From NCBI GenBank assembly GCA_963715985.1, contig CAVQSP010000020.1, positions 192,001 through 256,000 on the forward strand: a DNA stretch of 64,000 bases. The letters are read 5' to 3'. A program made the translations under genes and the position numbers. The notes below the pieces were generated by a model. It saw nothing but the letters and a program-made list of their open reading frames with translations, did no database searches and was not told the origin of the DNA. Of the stretch, positions 20,607 through 31,548 are shown piece by piece (positions within the stretch are counted from its first letter, which is position 1; every line of letters begins with the position of its first letter). The DNA is from an uncultured Thermoleophilia bacterium. GTDB taxonomy: Bacteria > Actinomycetota > Thermoleophilia > UBA2241.

Positions 20607-21761
20607 TCAGCCGGCGAAGTAGGCTTGGGCCTTCTCCATCCAGACGGGGATGTCGATGCTCTGCGGGCACGTGTCCAGGCACTCGCCGCAGGCCGTGCAC
20701 CGGTCGGCGCGCTCGCTCTCGGCCAGGAACATCGAGTAGAGCCTCTGACGGAGCGGCAGGTCGCCGTACACATGGGCGTCGTTGTACAGCTCGATGACGC
20801 CGGGGATGTCGACTCCCTGCGGGCACGGCATACAGTAGCGGCACGACGTGCAGGGGATCGGGGTGCGCTCGCGGAGGACGTCGCGCACGCGGGCCACGAC
20901 GGCGAGCTCGTCGGCGCTCAGCAGCCCCGGGCGCGAGCGGCCGGCGTACTCCAGGTTCTCCTCGACGTGCTGCATCGTGGTCATGCCGCTGAGCAGGAAG
21001 GAGACCGCGGGCTCGCTCCACACCCACTGCAGCGCCCACTCGGCCGGGGTGCGGTGCACGGACGCCTCCTCCCACAGGGCGTCGATCTCGGGCGTGACCG
21101 CGCGAGCGAGCCCGCCCCCTCGCACCGGCTCCATGGCGATGATTCCGAGTCCCTTGCCGGCCGCGAGCTCGAGTCCGCGGCGGCCGGCCTGGAACTCCTC
21201 GTCCATGTAGTTGAACTGGATCTGGCAGAACTCCCAGATGTCGGTGGCGGCGAGGATCTCCTCGAAGTCCTCGTAGGTACCGTGGAAGCTGAAGCCGAGA
21301 TGCCCGATGCGACCATCGGCGAGGGCGCGCTCTGCCGACGCCAGCTGCCCCTGCTCGAGGACGGTGCGCCAGTGATCGGCGTCGAGCGAGTGGAGCAGGT
21401 AGAAGTCGACGTGGCCGAGCTGCAGCCGTTCCATCTGGACGGCGAGGATGCGGTCGAAGTCGTCCGGCTTCTCCACCCTCCACACCGGCATCTTGGTGGC
21501 GACCTTCACCTTCTCGCGGTAGCCGCCCTTGAGCGCCTCGCCGAGCCAGGTCTCGCTGGTGTCGCCGTGGTACATCCAGGCGGTGTCGACGTAGTTCACG
21601 CCGCCGTCCACCGCGCGGTGCAGCATGGCCGTCGCCAGCTCGTGGTCGATGCGCGTGTGGTCCGGCCTGCCGTCGTCGCCGGTGAGCACGGGCAGCCGCA
21701 TGGCGCCGAAGCCGAGGGCGGAGGGCCGGAAGTCGAGTCTGCCGAAGTCGCGGTACTGCAT
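20607..21761 (-). CDS. Aldo/keto reductase with C-terminal 4Fe-4S dicluster
   Basis: ALGFGAMRLP, NYVDTAW.YH, ATKMP, MEPVRGG, CTSCRYC.PCP, CTACGEC...CP. Confidence 0.93.
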   Translation of the reverse strand: MQYRDFGRLDFRPSALGFGAMRLPVLTGDDGRPDHTRIDHELATAMLHRAVDGGVNYVDTAWMYHGDTSETWLGEALKGGYREKVKVATKMPVWRVEKPDDFDRILAVQMERLQLGHVDFYLLHSLDADHWRTVLEQGQLASAERALADGRIGHLGFSFHGTYEDFEEILAATDIWEFCQIQFNYMDEEFQAGRRGLELAAGKGLGIIAMEPVRGGGLARAVTPEIDALWEEASVHRTPAEWALQWVWSEPAVSFLLSGMTTMQHVEENLEYAGRSRPGLLSADELAVVARVRDVLRERTPIPCTSCRYCMPCPQGVDIPGVIELYNDAHVYGDLPLRQRLYSMFLAESERADRCTACGECLDTCPQSIDIPVWMEKAQAYFAG

Positions 21762-21830
21762 GGCGGCATGGTACCGCCCGTGGGTCGGCCACGCGACCGC
21801 GGGCGGCGCCTGCGATAGACTGCCGCCGGC

Positions 21831-22754
21831 ATGACCGAAGCCGCCCAGCATCCAGAGATCCTCGTCGAGGCGCGCCGCGGGGGCACGGTGGAGAGCCTCC
21901 ACCGCGCCGTGGCGGCGCTGGCCGCTCCCGACGGCGAGATCGTGGCGCGCTGGGGCGACCCCGGCATGGTCACGTACTGGCGCTCGTCGGCCAAACCCTT
22001 CCAGGCCCAGGCGTGGCTCGCCGACGGCACCGCCGCCCACTGGGCCTGGGGCAGCGAGGAGCTCGCCATCATCAGCGCCTCCCACGACGGCTTGCCGGTG
22101 CAGGCCGGCCTCGTGCGGCGCATGCTCGCGGACCTGGGGCTCTCGGAGGAGGACCTGCGCTGCGACCGCGAGCTCAAGGCGCGGCACAACTGCTCCGGCA
22201 ACCACACCGGCTTCCTCGGCGCCTGTGTGCACCACGGCTGGGACGTACCGACCTACCAGCAGCCGTCGCACCCCGCGCAGCAGGCGGCTCTGCGCATGTT
22301 CGCGGCGTGCACGGGTCTCGAGGTGGCGCAGATCCCCACGGGAGTGGATGGTTGCGGCGTGGTCGCCTACGCCACGCCGGTCGCGGTGGCCGCGTCCACC
22401 TACGCGCTGCTCCCCGAGCTGCTGCCGGAGATCGGCGCCGCGATGCGCGCCCACCCGCTCCTCGTCGAGGGCCCGGGCTGGCTGGACACCGTGGCCATGG
22501 AGCACGTCCCGGGCCTCACGAGCAAGAGCGGCGCGGAAGGCCTCGGCTGCATCTCGCTGCCGGACGGGCGCGGGCTGGCCGTCAAGGTCGTGGACGGCGC
22601 CGACCGCGCCATGGAGCCGGCGGCCGTGGCGCTCCTCGAGCTCGTGCTCGGCACGGCCGCCGTACCGGACGCGCTGCGCGCCCTGGGGCGGCCGCCCATC
22701 AAGAACGACGCCGGCGACGTGGTCGGCGAGCTGCTGGCGGTGGCGCCGGCCTGA
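21831..22754 (+). CDS. Class 3 (Rhizobium etli AnsA-type) L-asparaginase-like protein
   Basis: RSSAKPFQA, ASH, HNCSGNH, VDGCG, KSGAEG, KVVDG. Confidence 0.85.
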   Translation: MTEAAQHPEILVEARRGGTVESLHRAVAALAAPDGEIVARWGDPGMVTYWRSSAKPFQAQAWLADGTAAHWAWGSEELAIISASHDGLPVQAGLVRRMLADLGLSEEDLRCDRELKARHNCSGNHTGFLGACVHHGWDVPTYQQPSHPAQQAALRMFAACTGLEVAQIPTGVDGCGVVAYATPVAVAASTYALLPELLPEIGAAMRAHPLLVEGPGWLDTVAMEHVPGLTSKSGAEGLGCISLPDGRGLAVKVVDGADRAMEPAAVALLELVLGTAAVPDALRALGRPPIKNDAGDVVGELLAVAPA

Positions 22755-22788
22755 GCCGGCGCTCACGCGCCGTGTGCAGCCCCCAGCC

Positions 22789-24657
22789 TCAGCCCTCTTC
22801 GGCTCGCGGCCGCCGCCGCAGCAGCAGAAGCACCACGACGACCACCACGACGATGGCGACGATCACGCCCACGATCACGGCCGGGCTCGTCCCGCCGGAC
22901 GTGGAGGCAGTGTCGGCGGTGGCCACCTTCGGCCCCACCTTGAAGTAGTTGCTCACGTTGTCGCTGATGAAGGCCACGGCGCCGTTGGGCTGCGGCACGC
23001 GCCGCCAGCCCTCCCAGTCCGCCGCGTTCCAGCCTTCGAGCAGTTTGCTGTAGCAGAGGACGATGTACGGCGACTCGCGGTAGAAGATCTCCTGCATCTT
23101 CCAGACGATCTCACGGCGCGCCTGCGGGTCGAGCTCCTGTGACTGCTCGGTCCACAGCTTGTCGTACTCGGCGTTCGACCAGGCGCAGTCGTTCTGGTTC
23201 TCGATCTGCTCCGTGCGGAAGTAGCCGAGCCGGCGGCCGGGGTCGGAGCCGCTCGGCTGCCAGTACCAGAGGTAGACGTCGTAGTCCGGCGTGAACGTGT
23301 CGCCCACGTAGTTCCAGCCCGCGTCGGCCAGGACGCCCTCGTCTTCCACCGAGTACTTGATGTCCAGGCCCAGGTCCTTCCACCAGCCCGCGATGAGCTT
23401 GCCCTGGATCTGGCTCTGCGGCGACTGCGCCCGCGACCACAGGCGCAGTGTGATGTCCTTGCCCTTGTTGTTGGGGTCGTTGAGGATGCCGTCCCCGTCC
23501 GTGTCCGTGTAGCCGGCGTCGGCCAGGAGCTGCTTCGCCTTCGCGGGGTCGAAGCCGTACTCCACGTCGGCGGCCGGCTGCCAGTGCCAGTCCAGATCGG
23601 GGTCGTAGAAGTCCACCTCGAACATCGACGTGCCCGGGTCCGCGTATCCCTGATAGGACAGCTCCGTCATCTTGACCTTGTCGATGCCCCAGTTGAGCGC
23701 CTGGCGGAACTTGGGGTCGCGCAGCACCGGGTTACCCAGTGACGGCCCCTCGTAGCAGTTGAAGGAGAGGTAGTCGAACTCCTTCTGCGAGCAGCCGAAG
23801 GCGGCGAGCCCCTGGGTGGCCGCCAGCGGTTTGATCTGCGCCGGCGGCAGGTTGATGGCGAGGTCGATGGCGCCGAGCTTGAGGTCCTGGGCCAGCGTGT
23901 CCTGGTTGGTGTACTGCTCGAAGAGGAGCTCGTCGACCTTGGGGGCGCCGCCCCAGTACTCCTTGTTGGCCACGCAGCGCACGAACGCGCCCTTCTTCCA
24001 CTCGCTGACCACGAACGGGCCCGAGCCCACGATGGGCGGCGCGTTGAGGTACTTCTTGGCCTCATCCTCGGTCTTGAACTGGCTCCAGATGTGTTCGGGG
24101 AGGATCGGGCACCACATGGAGAGGATGTCCGCCTTGGGCCGCGAGCACGTGATGACGAGCGTGGTGTCGTCGGGCGCACTGGCGCTCTCGATGCCGTCGA
24201 GCGCGGAGAGAAACGCCTGCAGTTGCAGCTTGATCTCCCAGTTGTAGGTGAAGGCGATGTCGGCGGCGGTCAGCGGCTGCCCGTCGCTCCACTTCACGCC
24301 GCTGCGGATCTTGAACGTCCAGGTGAGGCCGTCGTCGCTGGTCGTCCAGCTCTCGGCGAGCCCGGGCTGGGTCTCCAGGTACTGATCGCCGTAGTCGGTG
24401 AGGAAGTCGTAGGCGACGTGCCAGAGCTCGTACGACGTCTGGTTGATGCCGACGAAGGGGTTGAAGTTGTCCACATCCGGTGACCAGCCGACCTTGAGGA
24501 CGGCCTGGGAGGCGCCGGGGGAGGAGCTCTCGCCGTAGAGCGTGGGCGTCGGGCTTTCGCTGCCGAGCGCCGGCGCGAGACCCCACACGAGGCCCGCGAC
24601 GAGCAGCGCGAGCACCCAGAGCGGCAGTGTGACTGCGAGGCTTGGACGGGCACCCAT
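22789..24657 (-). CDS. Peptide/nickel ABC substrate-binding protein (family 5) with C-terminal TM anchor
   Basis: PGLAESW..SDDGLTWTFKIRSGVKWSDGQPLTAADIAFT, VGSGPF, FRQAL; C-terminal VIVAIVVVVVVVLLLLRRR. Confidence 0.92.
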   Translation of the reverse strand: MGARPSLAVTLPLWVLALLVAGLVWGLAPALGSESPTPTLYGESSSPGASQAVLKVGWSPDVDNFNPFVGINQTSYELWHVAYDFLTDYGDQYLETQPGLAESWTTSDDGLTWTFKIRSGVKWSDGQPLTAADIAFTYNWEIKLQLQAFLSALDGIESASAPDDTTLVITCSRPKADILSMWCPILPEHIWSQFKTEDEAKKYLNAPPIVGSGPFVVSEWKKGAFVRCVANKEYWGGAPKVDELLFEQYTNQDTLAQDLKLGAIDLAINLPPAQIKPLAATQGLAAFGCSQKEFDYLSFNCYEGPSLGNPVLRDPKFRQALNWGIDKVKMTELSYQGYADPGTSMFEVDFYDPDLDWHWQPAADVEYGFDPAKAKQLLADAGYTDTDGDGILNDPNNKGKDITLRLWSRAQSPQSQIQGKLIAGWWKDLGLDIKYSVEDEGVLADAGWNYVGDTFTPDYDVYLWYWQPSGSDPGRRLGYFRTEQIENQNDCAWSNAEYDKLWTEQSQELDPQARREIVWKMQEIFYRESPYIVLCYSKLLEGWNAADWEGWRRVPQPNGAVAFISDNVSNYFKVGPKVATADTASTSGGTSPAVIVGVIVAIVVVVVVVLLLLRRRPRAEEG

Positions 24658-25099
24658 GGATCCTCCCTTTTCGCGCCGGATGGCGAGCGGCGACCCCACC
24701 CCGGACCGCCGCCCGGCGCCGCGAGGCGCCGTGGGCACAGGCTACGCAACACAGCCGCGGCCATGCAAGAGGAGCCGCGCGCGGCGCGGGCACGGTGCGC
24801 GGCGCATACGCGCATGCACGCCGCGGACACACTCGCCGCGGAGCTCGCAGGCACGCGACGGCGTGCCGTACCTGCAGGGGCCACACCGGCGGAAGGTCAC
24901 GCAGACTCCGCCGCATGCGAACGGGCCATGCCCCGCGGGGACGGCACCGCCGCCCGCGCCTCTTTGCGAGACGGCGCTCGAGGTCGGCGAGCTGGCGGCG
25001 AGTCTGGCGGACTTGGACCCGCTCGACTGGGTGGAGTGACGAGTGGTGCGGTGCGGTACACTCTGCCGCGCCGCCCACACCACCTGCAAGGAGCCTCGC

Positions 25100-25969
25100 A
25101 TGATCCTCAAGCTCGGCCTGCCCAAAGGCAGCCTCGAGAACGCCACCATCGACCTGATGCGCCGCGCCGGCTTTCTCATCACGGTGGCCTCGCGTTCGTA
25201 CTTCCCAGCCATCGACGACCCCGAGATCGAGTGCATGCTCGTGCGCGCCCAGGAGATGGCACGCTACGTGGAGGACGGCGCCCTCGACTGCGGCCTCACG
25301 GGCTACGACTGGGTCGTCGAGAACCAGGCCACCGTGCAGACGGTGTGCGATCTGGTCTACGCCAAGCAGAGCTTCGGCAGAGTACGCTGGGTGCTCGCCG
25401 TGCCCCGCGACTCGGACGTGCAGACCGTGGCCGACCTGGAGGGCAGGATCGTGGCCACCGAGCTGGTCGGCGTCACCAAGCGCTGGTTCGCGGAGCACGG
25501 CGTCACCGCCAAGGTCGAGTTCAGCTGGGGTGCCACCGAGGCCAAACTACCGGAGCTGGCCGACGCCATCGTGGAGGTCACCGAGACCGGCTCGTCGCTG
25601 CGCGCCAACAAGCTGCGCATCGTCGAGACGGTGCTGGAGTCCACGACGCAGCTCATCGCCAACGGGGACGCCTGGGAGGACCCGGACAAACGCCGCAAGA
25701 TCGAGGACATGGCCCTGCTGCTGCAGGGCGCCATCGCCGCCCTCGACCGTGTGGGCCTGATGCTCAACGTGCGCGCGGAGGACCTCGAGGCCGTACTGGC
25801 CGTCCTCCCCGCGCTGCGCAACCCGACGGTCTCGCACCTCAGCGACCCGGGCTGGCTGGCGGTGAACACCATCCTCGAGGAGAGCGTGGTGCGCCACATC
25901 ATCCCGCGCCTCAAAGAGGTGGGCGCCGAGGGCATCGTGGAGTTCCCGCTCAACAAGATCGTGATGTGA
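25100..25969 (+). CDS. hisG: ATP phosphoribosyltransferase (long form)
   Basis: [43 protein letters not shown]; C-terminal regulatory domain. Confidence 0.95.
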   Translation: MILKLGLPKGSLENATIDLMRRAGFLITVASRSYFPAIDDPEIECMLVRAQEMARYVEDGALDCGLTGYDWVVENQATVQTVCDLVYAKQSFGRVRWVLAVPRDSDVQTVADLEGRIVATELVGVTKRWFAEHGVTAKVEFSWGATEAKLPELADAIVEVTETGSSLRANKLRIVETVLESTTQLIANGDAWEDPDKRRKIEDMALLLQGAIAALDRVGLMLNVRAEDLEAVLAVLPALRNPTVSHLSDPGWLAVNTILEESVVRHIIPRLKEVGAEGIVEFPLNKIVM

Positions 25970-26044
25970 GGGGCGCCGCGGCCGGACGCTGATCGGCGCG
26001 CCGCGGCGGACGATGACGGCGCCGCCGCGCGCCTGACGGCGCGG

Positions 26045-26815
26045 TCAGCCGGACGTCAGGTGCGCGAGCGCTGCCCAGGCTTCATGCGCCGAGAGGCGCG
26101 GATAACGGTCGCGGAGGTCACCTTCCGGGACGGGCAGCCACACGCGGCCGTCGCGGTCGTCGCCGAGGCCCGTCACAAGCCCCTGGCAGAAACGCCACGC
26201 CGTGAACGCCGCCATGAGCGCGTCCAGCGAGTCGTGGTCGAAGTACTCGTCCCAGTGGACGCCGAGGCGCCGCAGGGTGAGCACGCGCAGGCGGAGCCCT
26301 TCGCGCGTGCTCTTGGGCGGCGGCGTGCCGCCCAGCAGGCTCACGAAGCCGGCGTGCGGGTACACCTCCAGGGCCACCGGCGCCTGTCCAAGGGCGCCGG
26401 GCAGCCAGCCGTCGGCCGGGCGCTCGTAGCCGCGCCGGCCGAGCTCCTTGAAGTACGCCCAGCCGGTCTGCATCCAGGCGTACCTGCGCTCGCGCCCCTC
26501 CACCTCGGCCGCGGTCGGCACCTGGTACACGGAGATGCGCCGCGAGAGCAGCTCCGCGTCACAGCGCCGGGAGTGGGCGGTGCCGCCGGGCAGCGCCCGT
26601 TTGGGGCGCTGCGGCGCGTCGACGCCCACGGCCGCCGGCGCGAGGGCGCCGAGCCACTCGAACAGGCGACCGCGGTCCCCGGGCTCACGCTCGTCCGCCA
26701 CGTGCCACGCGAGCGCCTCGAGCGTCCGCCCGCAGCGCAGCGCCACGGCGACGCACGGGCGGCTGGAGGCGATGTCGATGCCGACGACGACGGGTGCGGG
26801 TTCGCTGGATCTCAT
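26045..26815 (-). CDS. DUF429 (RNase H-like) protein
   Basis: VGIDIA, GVDAP, EVYPHA, HDSLDAL. Confidence 0.8.
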   Translation of the reverse strand: MRSSEPAPVVVGIDIASSRPCVAVALRCGRTLEALAWHVADEREPGDRGRLFEWLGALAPAAVGVDAPQRPKRALPGGTAHSRRCDAELLSRRISVYQVPTAAEVEGRERRYAWMQTGWAYFKELGRRGYERPADGWLPGALGQAPVALEVYPHAGFVSLLGGTPPPKSTREGLRLRVLTLRRLGVHWDEYFDHDSLDALMAAFTAWRFCQGLVTGLGDDRDGRVWLPVPEGDLRDRYPRLSAHEAWAALAHLTSG

Positions 26816-26829
26816 ACCGGCGACCGCGC

Positions 26830-28164
26830 TCAGGGCGCGACGAGCGTGACCTCGCGCACGCCCCAGCGCGACCACTCCGGATAGTCCCCGCGAGCCACGA
26901 AACCGATCACGTTGCGGCTCTTGTTCAGCATGCTCGCCGGGATGGCCAGCGAGCGTATCCCGCTCCACTTGCCCTTGGGTCCAGGGTCCAGGGCGCCCGC
27001 GTCCTGCCAGTTCACGACCAGCCTGACCTCGTCGGCCTGCACGTCCCACAGACGGAAGTGCAGCACACGCTCGGAACTCGCCCCCTTGGCCGTGTAGAAG
27101 ACCTCTTTGGGGTGCGACGTGTCGTTGCGGCAGTTGCCCAGGCCGGTCGCGGAGGGCACCTCCCTGGGCAGCGCGGGTCTCTGCACCGGGTTGAAGCGCA
27201 CGTTGGCGAGCGGCGCCCAGTCCTCGTCGCCGGTCGTGGACCAGTCGTACATGCCGCCGCCCAGGCACCCGGTCTCACGCAGGGCACGGACGAAGGCGGT
27301 GGTCTCCGCGCCGGACGACTTGTCGCCCAGGCCGGCGATGACGTGGATGGGGATCGTCTCGACCCCCGTCTGCTCGCGCACGATGCGCACGTTGTCCAGG
27401 GTCTCGTTGTAGACCTTGGTATAGCCGTCCACGTGGTAGGTGTAGTAGCCCATGGGGACCATGACGTCGTAGATCGCGGCCACCGTCTTGTAGGGGAAGT
27501 CGGGCCAGTACGTGCTGTTGATCGTCATCCCTTTGGGGGAGGGCGTGACGCCGCCCAGCGGGTACGTGGCGCCCACGTAGTCGCGGATCCGCTGCGACAG
27601 GGTCTTCACACGCTCGCTGCGCGTGCTGGCCGGCTTCACGGTGCTGTCCTCGATGTCCAGGGCGAAGGAGTCGAACTTCTGCCCGTCGTCGGTGCGGAAG
27701 TCGATCGCGGCCTTGCTGCGCAGGTAGTCCTTCTCCAGGTTCTTGAAGCCCGGGAGGTACCACGCCACAACGTACATCTTGCGCGCGTGGCACTCCTTGA
27801 TGAACTGGGCCAGCGCCGGCCTGTTGAACAGCGTCGACGAGGTGGGGTTGTGGTAGTTCGCCGTCTCGATGAAGAGCGTGCGCACGCCGTGGGAGGCCAT
27901 GTCCTGCACGGCGGCGGCGGGGTCGTCCCAGGCGCTCGGGTCGTACAGGTCCACCCACGACCCGAGCCCGCGGTAGGCCACCAGCGGCGCCTTCCCGGCG
28001 GCGGCCTTGGGCTGCGCCGTGTCGGCGGCGGCGCTCGGCTGCGCCCCCGCCGCCGCGTACGTGGCCGCGACCATGGCCGCAGCGGCCACCGCCGCGGCCA
28101 CGCACAGCAGCACGCCGACGGCACGGAGGCGAGGCAGATGCGAGCGGAGGGAGCGAGTCGTCAC
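26830..28164 (-). CDS. Secreted putative glycoside hydrolase (TIM-barrel) with C-terminal beta domain
   Basis: Signal peptide; GSWVDLYD, GVRTLFIET, VVAWYLP, FALDIED, VPMGYY. Confidence 0.6.
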   Translation of the reverse strand: MTTRSLRSHLPRLRAVGVLLCVAAAVAAAAMVAATYAAAGAQPSAAADTAQPKAAAGKAPLVAYRGLGSWVDLYDPSAWDDPAAAVQDMASHGVRTLFIETANYHNPTSSTLFNRPALAQFIKECHARKMYVVAWYLPGFKNLEKDYLRSKAAIDFRTDDGQKFDSFALDIEDSTVKPASTRSERVKTLSQRIRDYVGATYPLGGVTPSPKGMTINSTYWPDFPYKTVAAIYDVMVPMGYYTYHVDGYTKVYNETLDNVRIVREQTGVETIPIHVIAGLGDKSSGAETTAFVRALRETGCLGGGMYDWSTTGDEDWAPLANVRFNPVQRPALPREVPSATGLGNCRNDTSHPKEVFYTAKGASSERVLHFRLWDVQADEVRLVVNWQDAGALDPGPKGKWSGIRSLAIPASMLNKSRNVIGFVARGDYPEWSRWGVREVTLVAP

Positions 28165-28331
28165 GGGTGACCCCCATGGTGGCTGGCGCTAGGTCACCCA
28201 GTATACGACGCGGCACCGCCCCGGGCCTCCCGGCCGTGCCGCCCGCCCTCGCCGGTCCGGCGGCGGCGTGCGCGTTACGCCGCCGGCCTCGCGTGGTAGG
28301 TTGCTGCAGACACTCGGGGACGGAGGCGTTG

Positions 28332-28850
28332 ATGAGCATCGCGTACGTGGAACAGCAGCTGGGGGCCAGCGAGAAGATCCTGTACACGGAGCGTCACCAC
28401 TGGGTGTTCTTCGTCGCCGAGATGATCAAGTGGATCCTGTTCGCGGCGGCGGTGATCGCGGTCATCATCATCTTCAGGGTCTGGTTCTTCGAGGGCCAGT
28501 CGTGGGTCTGGTGGCTGCTGCTCGTCTTCCTCGTCCCCGCGGTGCGCATCGCCTGGGGGTTCCTCTCCTGGAAGATGAACGTCTACGTGCTCACCAACCG
28601 CCGCGTGATCGAGTCCACAGGGGTGCTGAGCAAGCGCGTGGCCGATTCGTCCCTCGAGAAGCTCACCGACATCGTGCTCAAGCAGTCGATCGTGGGGCGC
28701 ATGCTCAACTACGGGGACATCGTCGTGCTCACGGCCGCGGCGGGCGCCGGTGTCAACAACCTCAAGCAGATCCGGCGCCCGATGGAGTTCAAGACGCAGA
28801 TGCTCAACGCCAAGGAAGAGCTCGAGAGGGAGCTCGGCGGCAGCAACTGA
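28332..28850 (+). CDS. Bacterial PH (bPH_2) domain membrane protein
   Basis: Two TM helices; YVLTNRRVI..GVL, QSIVGRMLNYGDI. Confidence 0.85.
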   Translation: MSIAYVEQQLGASEKILYTERHHWVFFVAEMIKWILFAAAVIAVIIIFRVWFFEGQSWVWWLLLVFLVPAVRIAWGFLSWKMNVYVLTNRRVIESTGVLSKRVADSSLEKLTDIVLKQSIVGRMLNYGDIVVLTAAAGAGVNNLKQIRRPMEFKTQMLNAKEELERELGGSN

Positions 28851-29030
28851 CCGGCGCCGCGGCCCGGCGTTGTCCATCCCGGGCCGGGCGACTCGCCCCC
28901 TCGTCTCACCCGGTGCAGGCGCTCAGGGTCTCCAGCTGTGTACCTAGACGAACGACCCATGCAGAGAAGACGGATCGCGGCCGACTCTCTGCATCAGGAC
29001 GATCGGTACTCTGCCCCCGGAGGCGACGCC

Positions 29031-29634
29031 ATGAGGCGCACACGAGAAGGTCAACAGGGTTTCACGTTGATCGAGTTGCTCGTCGTGATCATCGTCATGG
29101 GCATCCTCGCCGCCATCGCGCTTCCCATGTACCTCGGGCAACGCGAGAAGGCGAAGGTGGCGTCCCTCAAGCACGAGTGCCCACATCGTCGTCGTCGAGG
29201 CCACCACCTGCCTGACGGACCCCGGCCTGAGCAAGACCTACAGGGCCAGTGCCGGCACGGCGACCAGCGCCGCACAGATCGCGGCCGCGAAGGCAAATCT
29301 CAGCAATGCCCTCGAGGCTGCCCTCGAGAACGGCATCGAAAGCAGCAATGGGGCCGGCATCGCCAACCCCTACTCGCGCAAGAAGACCATCCTCAATCTC
29401 ACGAGCGCGAGCCTGAGCGCCGCCAACGCCACGCCCGCCGTGTTCATCACGAACGCGACGGGCTGTCGCTACGCCAGCTTCCAGACCCAGAGCGCCACGA
29501 TCCGCAACAATCTCAGGGGCACCGTCATCGCCTGCTGGAACACGCTCGCAGCGGTCAACGCGATCGAGATCTACTTCGTCGACAAGAACGGGGTCAAGTC
29601 CCCGACGGCCACGCTGGTGTCTCTGACACCGTGA
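29031..29634 (+). CDS. Type IV pilin-like protein; frameshift near 29178
   Basis: Prepilin cleavage/methylation site QQG|FTLIELLVVIIVMGILAAIALP; continuation (ANPYS...IEIYFVD) in another frame. Confidence 0.8.
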
Positions 29635-29682
29635 CCGATGGCCGGCGACGGCTCTCAGGCCGCCCGCCTCAGTCCCGTCGTC

Positions 29683-30243
29683 TCACCCCGCCGGCTCGAA
29701 GTCCTTGCCCACGCTCCAGCACTTGGCCACCGGCGCACCCAGCGACCAGTACTTGCGGCTCGACATGTCGAAGAGCAGCGGCTTGAGCTTGGCGATGTCC
29801 ACGATGCCGTTGGTCAGCACGTCCGCGTCCGCGTACGTACCGACGATCTCGCCGACGAACAGGTCGTGCGTGGGCAGCTCCACGTGCTCGATGAGCCGGC
29901 ACTCCATGGTCACCTTGCACTGCTCGATCATGGGGGCGGTGTCGAGCTCGCCGTAGAAGAGGTCGAAGAGCTCGCCCTTCTTCTCCTTACGCCCGCTCAC
30001 CATCCCCACGTGGTCGGTGATCTCGACCATGTCCTCCGACGGGAGGTTCACGCTGAACGTGCGGTTGGCCTTGATGCCCTCGTTGGTGAGGTGGATCCTC
30101 CCCATCCCGAGGGTGATGCCTTTGAGGTGGGCGATGCCGACGTGCGCCACGGTGGCGAAGTCGGGCACACCGTCTACCGTGGCGCCCACGAGGGCGGTGA
30201 CCAGCGGGTAGAGGGCGTTGGTGTCGCCGAGCTTCTGCTTCAC
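29683..30243 (-). CDS. Flavin reductase-like (flavoredoxin family) protein
   Basis: LYPLVTALVG, FSVNLPS, VGMVSG, APMIEQC...ECR, THDLFVGEI. Confidence 0.88.
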   Translation of the reverse strand: MKQKLGDTNALYPLVTALVGATVDGVPDFATVAHVGIAHLKGITLGMGRIHLTNEGIKANRTFSVNLPSEDMVEITDHVGMVSGRKEKKGELFDLFYGELDTAPMIEQCKVTMECRLIEHVELPTHDLFVGEIVGTYADADVLTNGIVDIAKLKPLLFDMSSRKYWSLGAPVAKCWSVGKDFEPAG

Positions 30244-30394
30244 GAGAGACCCCGTTCGTGTAGGTGACCGGACCGTGGCCCTTGCATACCCACGGCCGCG
30301 TGAGCGGCAACCTGCCGGTGCTGGGGCGGTGCTGCCGGCGCCGTCGCCCCGGGTTTCGCGGCCGCCGGGCGACGGTCATGATGGAGCGGTGAGT

Positions 30395-31514
30395 GTGACC
30401 CCCTCACAGGTCCAGGAGCCCGGCCAGACGCCCGTCCCGCCGCGTGCGCGCCGGCGGCGGCGCGGGCGACTGGCGCCGCCGCTGGTGTTCATCGTGGTGA
30501 TCGGCGTGGCCGCCATCGCCGGCGCCTTCATGCTGGCGCGCGCCTTCGAGGACGACCGGCCACGCGGCCCCTACCTGATCGGCGCCTGGACCTTCGGCGA
30601 CGCCGGCTCCCTGGAGAGGGCCGTGGACGCCGGCGCGCTCGACGAGGTCAGCCTGGACTGGCTGCAGTCGCGGGCGGACGGCTCGGTGGCCGCACCACGG
30701 TTCGACGCCGGCTTTCTCGCCCTCGTGCGCGAGAAGGACTGCCGCGTTGTCGTCACGCTCACCGACTACGACGAGACCATCCACACCTTCGACCCGCGCA
30801 TCTCGGCCGAGATCCTCGCGACGGCGCAGACGCGCCGAGCCCATGCGGAGGCCGTGGCCGAGTGGTGCCGCGCCAACGACGTGGACGGCCTCGACGTGGA
30901 TTGGGAGGCGCTCAAGGCAACGCAGCGCGGGCGCTTCACCGCCTTCGTCGCGGAGCTTGCCCGGCAGCTCCACGACGACGGCCGCTTCATCGCCGTGGAC
31001 GTCTACCCCAAGCTGCGCGAGCCGGGCGGCTGGGACGGCCCGCGCGCGCAGGACTGGAGCGCCCTCGGCGAGGTCGTCGACCAGGTCCGCGTGATGACCT
31101 ACAACTACTCCGGCTCGTGGTCCGGTCCGGGTCCCCTCTCCCCTCCCGCGTGGATGGACGCCGTGCTCACGTTCGCGGAGTCCCAGATCGCCTCACGCAA
31201 GGTGGTGATGGGGATCGGCTTCTACGGCAGGGACTGGCGCGGCTCACGAGACCACGGACCTGGTGTGGGCCAACGTGCGCCAGATCCGCGCCGACTACCA
31301 CCCCAGGATGTGGCGCGGACCCTCCGTCGAGCTGACGCTCGACTACAAGCGAGACGGCGCCGCGCACACCGCCTTCTTCCCCGACGCCAGGGCGATCGAC
31401 GCCAAGCTGACCATGATGCTCACGCGGCACCCGCACATCCGCGGGGTGTACTGCTGGATGCTGGGGCAGGAGGACCCCGCCGTGTGGAAGGTCCTCCGCA
31501 AGCGGCTCCACTGA
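30395..31514 (+). CDS. GH18 glycoside hydrolase with N-terminal TM anchor; frameshift near 31248
   Basis: VDGLDVDWE (DxxDxDxE), VMTYNY, MGIGFYG; final GVYCWMLGQED in another frame. Confidence 0.82.
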
Positions 31515-31548
31515 GGCGCGGGGCCCGCTCAGGCAGCGGGTAGCGCGC

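Noticed and set aside
24740-25040. Possible his leader, T-box or small ORF upstream of hisG
   Set aside because: No His-codon run, T-box motif or convincing coding frame seen.
28959-28994. Hairpin upstream of the pilin as a second riboswitch
   Set aside because: A simple inverted repeat lacking the c-di-GMP-I or other aptamer signatures I can recognise.
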